A stretch of 56,671 nucleotides of DNA from an uncultured Clostridia bacterium (GTDB lineage Bacteria; Bacillota; Clostridia; TANB77; CAG-508): positions 1-56,671 of the forward strand of contig CANRNW010000005.1 in the NCBI GenBank assembly GCA_947632145.1, given 5' to 3'. Positions 50,620 to 56,671 of the stretch are shown here, piece by piece. Both the position numbers and the translations under genes were made by a program. The notes beneath the pieces are model-generated. The model had not been told where the DNA came from. It saw nothing but the letters and a program-made list of their open reading frames with translations, and ran no database searches. Numbering within the stretch: position 1 is the first letter of the stretch; each line of letters starts with the position of its first letter.

Positions 50620-52005
50620 ATGGTATTTTCAAGTGTTACATTTTTGTTTTATTTTTTACCTATAGTACTGGCAATTTACTATATTGTACCTAAAAAGTAC
50701 AAAAATATAGTATTATTAGTTGCATCATTATTTTTCTATTTTTATGGAGAGCCGAAATATGTATATACAATGGTATTTTCAATAATTTGTACATATATAT
50801 TTGGAATCTTAATAAGTAAATATAAAAGCCACAAAAAATTATTTCTAATATTGTCTATATCTATAAATATTGGAATACTAATTTATTTTAAATATACTAA
50901 CTTTATAATACAAAATATAAACTTGTGGTTAACTAAAAAAATAGATTTTATCTATGTTGTTTTACCAATAGGAATATCTTTTTATACATTTCAACTTATG
51001 AGTTATACTATTGACATTTATAGAGAACAAGCTAAAGTTCAAAAAAATATATTGAAACTTGCAATGTATATTTCACTTTTTCCTCAATTGATTGCTGGTC
51101 CAATTGTAAGGTACACCACAATAGAAAAACAATTAGAAGATAGAGAGCATTCAGTTTCAAAATTTTCATTAGGAATCAGAAGATTTATAATAGGATTAGG
51201 TAAGAAAGTACTAATTGCAAACGTTTTAGGTGAATTGTGTAATAAGTTTTTGCTAAGTAATGATAGCAGTGTTTTATTTTTTTGGCTATATGGAATAGCA
51301 AATATGCTTCAAATTTATTTTGATTTTTCAGGCTATTCAGACATGGCAATAGGTTTGGGAAAGATGTTTGGATTTGAATTTTTAGAAAACTTTAACTATC
51401 CATATATTGCAACAAGCATAAGAGACTTTTGGAAAAGATGGCATATTTCATTAAGCTCGTGGTTTAGAGATTATATATATATTCCTCTTGGTGGAAGCAG
51501 AGTAAGTAAACTAAAGTGGATTAGAAACATTCTAATAGTTTGGTGTTTAACTGGGTTATGGCATGGTGCCCAATGGAATTTTATATTTTGGGGATTATAC
51601 TTTGGAATTTTACTAATAATAGAAAAAGTATTTTTAGAGAAATTTCTAAGAAAAGTACCTAAATTTATATCAAGAATATATACCTTAATAATTGTTATGA
51701 TAAGCTTTATTATATTTAGTGGAGAGAGTTTAGCACAAATTATGCAAAACATAAATGGACTTATTGGAATAAAAACTAACTTCCTTGCAACCCCAGAAAG
51801 CATATATTATTTTAAAAGTTACTTAGTAATTATTATATTAGGAGTAATAGGTGCTACGCCACTTATGAAAAAACTTGGCAACAATGAGAAATTACATAAA
51901 GTTATAAACATTTTAGAGCCAATATGTTTATTAGTAATATTGGTAGCTTCTACGAGTTATATAATAGATGGATCATTTAATCCGTTTCTATATTTTAGAT
52001 TTTAA
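50620..52005 (+). CDS. MBOAT-family O-acyltransferase (AlgI/DltB-like)
   Basis: Polytopic membrane protein. FWKRWHISLSSWFRDYIYIPLGG contains the conserved MBOAT His. Confidence 0.88.
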   Translation: MVFSSVTFLFYFLPIVLAIYYIVPKKYKNIVLLVASLFFYFYGEPKYVYTMVFSIICTYIFGILISKYKSHKKLFLILSISINIGILIYFKYTNFIIQNINLWLTKKIDFIYVVLPIGISFYTFQLMSYTIDIYREQAKVQKNILKLAMYISLFPQLIAGPIVRYTTIEKQLEDREHSVSKFSLGIRRFIIGLGKKVLIANVLGELCNKFLLSNDSSVLFFWLYGIANMLQIYFDFSGYSDMAIGLGKMFGFEFLENFNYPYIATSIRDFWKRWHISLSSWFRDYIYIPLGGSRVSKLKWIRNILIVWCLTGLWHGAQWNFIFWGLYFGILLIIEKVFLEKFLRKVPKFISRIYTLIIVMISFIIFSGESLAQIMQNINGLIGIKTNFLATPESIYYFKSYLVIIILGVIGATPLMKKLGNNEKLHKVINILEPICLLVILVASTSYIIDGSFNPFLYFRF

Positions 52006-52049
52006 ATAATAAGCATATTAAGTCGTTATTTTCAAGGGAGGTGCGCTTA

Positions 52050-53135
52050 ATGCAAGATAAAACAAAAAACATAATTATTACAATTGGATTTGCTGTAATT
52101 TTAATTGCTGTATTTGTTATAAATTTAATATCAAAAGACAAGGAAATATCTATAACAGAAAGAAGAAGGTTAGCACAATTTCCCAAAATAAATATAGAAA
52201 GCGTAAATAATGGTAATGCCTCAAAAAATCTAGATAAATATGTTACAGACCAATTTACAGGAAGAGATATTTTTAGAAATATAAAATCCTTTATTAGTGT
52301 CAATATTTTAAAACAAAAAGATAATAATAATTTGTTCGAAAAAAACGGAACAATTTATAAAATGGAATATCCATTAAATAATGGAAATTTACAAAGGTCG
52401 CTAAGCAAAATAAACAATGTTTATAATAAATACTTACAAGGAATGAATGTGTATTACGCAATTATTCCAGAAAAAAATTATTATTTAGAAAATGATGACC
52501 ATTTAAAAATAGATTATAAAGAAGTAGAAGCAATAGCCAAAAGTAATTTACCACAGATGAAATACATTGATATATCTGAAGGATTATCTTTAAAAGATTA
52601 TTATAAAACAGATTTGCATTGGAAACAGGAAAATTTAAGAGGCGTTGTAAATCTAATAGAAAAAGGAATGAACTTAACAGATACTTCAAAAACTAATTAC
52701 ACTATAAATGAAGTAGGAGATTTTTATGGAGCATATTATGGACAATTAGGAATAGACATAGCTCCAGATAAATTATATACAATGGATAACGAAACTCTAG
52801 ATAATTGCACAGTATATAATTATGAAACACAAACAACTGGAAATGTTTATACTACACCAAAAACTGCAGATAAATATGATACATACCTAAATGGAGCAAC
52901 ACCATTATTAACAATACAAAATCCAAACGCAAAAACAGAAAAGGAACTATTATTATTTAGAGATTCATTTGGAAGTAGTTTAGCACCGCTATTAGTAGAA
53001 AATTATAGCAAAATAACTTTAATAGACTTAAGATATATGTCAAGTGAAATATTGGGCAAATATGTTGATTTTAATAATCAAGATGTGTTATTTTTATATA
53101 GTACATTGGTATTGAATCAAAATATATTAAAATAG
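52050..53135 (+). CDS. DHHW-family (AlgX/AlgJ-like SGNH) protein, partner of MBOAT
   Basis: N-terminal TM helix. TDLHW replaces DHHW, and FRDSFGS is present near the C-terminus. ATG 52050 follows RBS gggagg. Confidence 0.75.
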   Translation: MQDKTKNIIITIGFAVILIAVFVINLISKDKEISITERRRLAQFPKINIESVNNGNASKNLDKYVTDQFTGRDIFRNIKSFISVNILKQKDNNNLFEKNGTIYKMEYPLNNGNLQRSLSKINNVYNKYLQGMNVYYAIIPEKNYYLENDDHLKIDYKEVEAIAKSNLPQMKYIDISEGLSLKDYYKTDLHWKQENLRGVVNLIEKGMNLTDTSKTNYTINEVGDFYGAYYGQLGIDIAPDKLYTMDNETLDNCTVYNYETQTTGNVYTTPKTADKYDTYLNGATPLLTIQNPNAKTEKELLLFRDSFGSSLAPLLVENYSKITLIDLRYMSSEILGKYVDFNNQDVLFLYSTLVLNQNILK

Positions 53136-53146
53136 GGAGAAAATAA

Positions 53147-54071
53147 ATGTTAGAAAAGTTTACTAAAAGAATTGATTTGAATACAAAATTAGATAATATT
53201 TCAAAACAAATTTGTAATGAATATAATCTAGGACAATATATTTCAGATACCCTTATTGAAGTTGGTTATGAAGATTTTAATTATATTTTGAAAACGACTA
53301 TTCGGAAAGTATTGTGTAAAAATATTTAATAAAGAAAGAAAAGATGAAGATTGTAAAAATTATGTAGATAGGATTGTATTAGTTTCAACTTTTAATATAA
53401 ATACTCCTAGAATATATAAGACAAATAATAATGCTTGGATTTGTAGTATTGAATTTGAAGGTGTGAAATATAGATTATGTGTAACAGAGTATATTCAAGG
53501 AAAAAGTATTTATGATTTAGGAAGAAAACCGAATGATGAGGAAATACGAGAAATTGTAAGGCAAATGGCAAATATTCATATGACTAAGCTAAGTTCAAGA
53601 CTAAATTACATATATGATAATTGGACAATTACAAATTTCAAACAGGAATTTGAGGATAAGGCAAAATATTTAGACAACAAATATTTATCTAGGTTTGAAA
53701 AACTAAAAAGAGATTATGATAAAATAAATATTGAAAAACTACCACAAACCTTTATACATGGTGATATTATAACAAGTAATATAATAAAAGATGAAAACAA
53801 TAAATTATGGTTAATAGATTTTGGAACATCAAACTATTTACCTAGAATAATAGACTTAGTTGTAAGTGCTTGTGACTTATGCTTAGAAACAGAGAATAAA
53901 GAAAAAACAATTCTTAATATAAAAATGCTAGTAGAAGAATACGAAAAATATAGTAAACTAACTGATTACGAAAAGCAAGTGTTTCCGCTATTTTTTAATA
54001 TTGTTAATGCTATGCGGAATATTACAAATATCATATTTAATGAGCGATGGCAAAGCAACAAAAGAAGATAA
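53147..54071 (+). CDS. Aminoglycoside-phosphotransferase/homoserine-kinase-II-like kinase; +1 frame break at in-frame CGG 53303-53305; a second in-frame CGG at 54015 may move the true stop to 54135
   Basis: The N-part ...FNYILKTTI continues in the +1 frame as GKYCVKIFNKERKDED...EFEGVKYRLCVTEYIQG, joining track ORF 53463..54071. Catalytic HGDIITSNII and LIDFG motifs are present. Confidence 0.75.
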
Positions 54072-54229
54072 AATAGGCTATAAGGAATGTGAAAAAGGAT
54101 TAGAATTAAGTAAAATATCGAATAAAGGAATATAGAAATAAAAAAGAGTTTTTTAATAGAAGATAATACGAGTATTTATAGAAATATAAAAGAAACAATT
54201 TTAGAACATACTCCGAAGGAGGAGAAATA

Positions 54230-54760
54230 ATGAAAGTTTTAATAGCAACAAAAAATACTGCAAAAATAGAGGGCGCAAGAAGAGCCTTATCACACTATTT
54301 TAGTGACATAGAGGTCGAAGGTATACCAGTAGAGTCAAATGTAGAGGAACAGCCAGTAAATAATGATATATATAATGGTGCTAAAAATAGAGTAAGTAAT
54401 TTAAAGAAATATGCAAAAGAAAATAGCATTAATTCAGATTTATATTTGGCAATAGAAAGTGGAATCAATAATTTGTTTGGTAGATGGATGATTACAAATA
54501 TTGCAGTAATTGAGGATAATAACGAACTTGAAAGCTATGGTACAAGCCCATCTTTTCCAGTACCAGATAAATTTGTAGATGATATAATAAGTACAGATTT
54601 AAATAAAGTAATGGATCAAATATTCGAAAAAGACGAAGAAAGACATAATAAAGGTGGAGCAATACAATTATTAACACATAATGAAGTAACAAGAATAGAT
54701 TTAACTGAAATGGCATTTATTATGGCATTGACAAAATATATAAATGAAAATTGGAGATAA
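54230..54760 (+). CDS. Inosine/xanthosine triphosphatase (YjjX/DUF84 family)
   Basis: KVLIATKNTAKIEGAR start, EEQP, and an approx. 176-aa size. Confidence 0.75.
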   Translation: MKVLIATKNTAKIEGARRALSHYFSDIEVEGIPVESNVEEQPVNNDIYNGAKNRVSNLKKYAKENSINSDLYLAIESGINNLFGRWMITNIAVIEDNNELESYGTSPSFPVPDKFVDDIISTDLNKVMDQIFEKDEERHNKGGAIQLLTHNEVTRIDLTEMAFIMALTKYINENWR

Positions 54761-54871
54761 AGTAAAAAAATAATAAAAGGTGATACTATGCTTGAATTAG
54801 TAAATGTAGATATTAAAGAATTTAAAAACTAATTTTATAAATATATGTTGCAGAAAGGTGAACTAATAAAT

Positions 54872-56107
54872 ATGGAAAAATCTAAACAAAATACATATTT
54901 AAAGAATTTTTATAAAATTTATCCAATATTTTATGGATTATCTGGAGATTTACTTTTCTATGTGGCAATAGATACACTATTTTATACTGTTGTGAAAGGT
55001 TTTTCACCAGATCAATTAGCCCTATTAACAACAATATCATCCTTGTTTTGTATATTGCTAAAAATACCAATTACTAAAATTATAGAAAAAATTGGTAATA
55101 CAAAATCAGTTAGAATGGGAACATTTGGGTTGATAATATCAAGTGTAATAATAACATTTTCCAAAAGTTACTTAATTATTATTATAGCTAGAATAATATA
55201 TTTAATATCATTTGTGTTAAAAAATATGGATAATGTAATGCTAAAGAATAATTTGGCGATTCAAAATAAATCAGGGGATTATGCCAAAATTACCAATAGA
55301 GGGTCAACAATGTATGCAATAATAACAATGGTAATTGCACTTGTAGCGGGTTATTTGTTTAATGTAAATCATTACTTGCCAATGTATTTATGTATAACAT
55401 TTTGCATAATATCTTTTATCATTTCATTATATTTAAAAGATATATCAACAAATGATATAGATAATTCAAACATAAAAAATTCAAAACAAAAGGTGAAATT
55501 TTCTAAAATTGTTTTTATAGTGTTAATCTTTTTTGGATTTTTTTATGGACTAATAGAAGTTGGGCAACAAAACGGAAAATTACTGATACAGTATGAATTA
55601 AGTAACATTTACGATATATCTTTAACTGCTAAATATTTGGGAATAATAATTGCAATATCGCGTGTAGCTAGAGTTATAGGGAACATTTGTTTCGAAAAAA
55701 TATATACTAAATTTAAAGACAAAGTAGGTATAATTTTTTGCGTGTTAATTACTATGTCATTTGTGTTTTTAAGTGTAGGATATTTCTTTAATTATAACGC
55801 TTGCATTAAGTTTATAATAATGGCAATAGGTTTTTGTATAATACTGGCAATAAGAGATCCATTTAAGATATACGTATATGATTTATCATTAAGAGTATCA
55901 AATGAAAAGGAACGACAATCAGTAACAATATACTTGGAGTTTGCAAGAAGAATTGGTGCTACAATAATTAGCTTAATGTCAACCATAATTCTTACAAAAG
56001 TTACACTTATTTATGTTGTAGCTTGTTTATTAGTATTAGCTGTGATAGAATTAGAGCTATCAATAAAAATATATAAAATAATAAAGAGAGAAGGTTTATG
56101 TATATGA
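54872..56107 (+). CDS. MFS-type transporter
   Basis: About 12 predicted TM helices. ATG 54872 follows RBS aaaggtga; the track start 54845 lacks an RBS. Confidence 0.65.
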   Translation: MEKSKQNTYLKNFYKIYPIFYGLSGDLLFYVAIDTLFYTVVKGFSPDQLALLTTISSLFCILLKIPITKIIEKIGNTKSVRMGTFGLIISSVIITFSKSYLIIIIARIIYLISFVLKNMDNVMLKNNLAIQNKSGDYAKITNRGSTMYAIITMVIALVAGYLFNVNHYLPMYLCITFCIISFIISLYLKDISTNDIDNSNIKNSKQKVKFSKIVFIVLIFFGFFYGLIEVGQQNGKLLIQYELSNIYDISLTAKYLGIIIAISRVARVIGNICFEKIYTKFKDKVGIIFCVLITMSFVFLSVGYFFNYNACIKFIIMAIGFCIILAIRDPFKIYVYDLSLRVSNEKERQSVTIYLEFARRIGATIISLMSTIILTKVTLIYVVACLLVLAVIELELSIKIYKIIKREGLCI

Positions 56108-56671
56108 AAAAAGTAGCGATATTTGGTTCAACTGGCTCAATTGGAGACAGTACACTAAATGTAATAAGAGAAAATCCTGATTTATTTAAAGCTGTAACTT
56201 TAGTTGCGGGAAGAAATGTAGAAAAGTTAATAAAACAAATTGAAGAGTTTAAGCCTGAAAATGTTTATATAATTGAAAAAGAAAATGCAGAAAAAATAAG
56301 ATCACTATACAAAAATATAAATATATATTATGGGGATGAAGGAATGGAAGAAATATCTAATTTAGTAGATTTTGATATTTCTGTTTCCGCATTAGTTGGA
56401 ATAGCAGGTCTAAAACCTACTTATAATATGATAAAAAACGGAAAAACTGTAGCATTAGCAAATAAAGAAGTGTTGGTTGCAGGTGGTGAACTAATTATAA
56501 AAACTGCAAAAGAAAATAATGCAACTTTGCTTACAGTAGATAGTGAACACAGTGCTATTATGCAATGCTTAAGAGGAGAAGAGACAAATCCGATAGATAA
56601 AATATTATTAACAGCATCAGGAGGACCATTTTTTGATAAAGAAATAACAGATAAAATAACAGTAGAAGATG
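56104..56671 (+). CDS. dxr: 1-deoxy-D-xylulose-5-phosphate reductoisomerase (5' partial, runs off the window)
   Basis: MKKVAIFGSTGSIGDSTLNVI..., LANKEVLV, VDSEHSAI and ASGGPF motifs. The ATG overlaps the MFS stop (ATGA). Confidence 0.9.
   Translation, partial: MKKVAIFGSTGSIGDSTLNVIRENPDLFKAVTLVAGRNVEKLIKQIEEFKPENVYIIEKENAEKIRSLYKNINIYYGDEGMEEISNLVDFDISVSALVGIAGLKPTYNMIKNGKTVALANKEVLVAGGELIIKTAKENNATLLTVDSEHSAIMQCLRGEETNPIDKILLTASGGPFFDKEITDKITVED

Noticed and set aside
54788-54832. 14-codon ORF MLELVNVDIKEFKN with an RBS, resembling the first residues of ABC-transporter ATPases
   Set aside because: It is too short to assign. It could be a remnant of a deleted ABC gene or chance, and there are no downstream ABC motifs in any frame.

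Overview
This is a 56.7-kb chromosomal segment of a very AT-rich Firmicute with Clostridia-type gene content. Most of it is housekeeping genes on the + strand:
- an envelope-glycan cluster (ThDP enzyme, SDR epimerase, GT2, wecB)
- carAB, argS, a cyclophilin, ylmH, mreB, mtaB and murE
- the gap-pgk-tpiA-gpmI operon, followed by a NifU-like/'GGGtGRT' pair where eno usually sits
- rlmD, rdgB-polA, an SLT transglycosylase, galE, tmcAL, rnhA and an EndoQ-like nuclease
- a DUF362/ECF-S/DUF1893 cluster and a DUF4358/MBOAT/DHHW O-acylation module
- a YjjX-like NTPase, an MFS transporter and the 5' part of dxr

An accessory stretch (about 28.0-35.8 kb) holds two tRNA-Leu genes with an identical 19-nt promoter core. 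Each is followed by visibly GC-richer foreign DNA: a DUF1523-like gene after the first, and an IS200 tnpA stub, three orphan ORFs and a 28-bp tandem repeat after the second. Between the two tRNAs lie an AraC/GyrI regulator, a nitroreductase translationally coupled to a TIGR01210/RaSEA-like radical-SAM protein, and a repeat-containing surface protein.

The most notable observation concerns the six broken reading frames in the window. Each is caused by one extra C that creates an in-frame CGG immediately 5' of a family-conserved glycine codon. I found no host-type gene that clearly reads in-frame CGG as Arg (one further site, 54015, is ambiguous), whereas the foreign ORFs do so repeatedly. This is either a systematic sequence artefact or CGG-triggered +1 recoding.

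I found no CRISPR array, rRNA, intact transposase or recognisable defence system.
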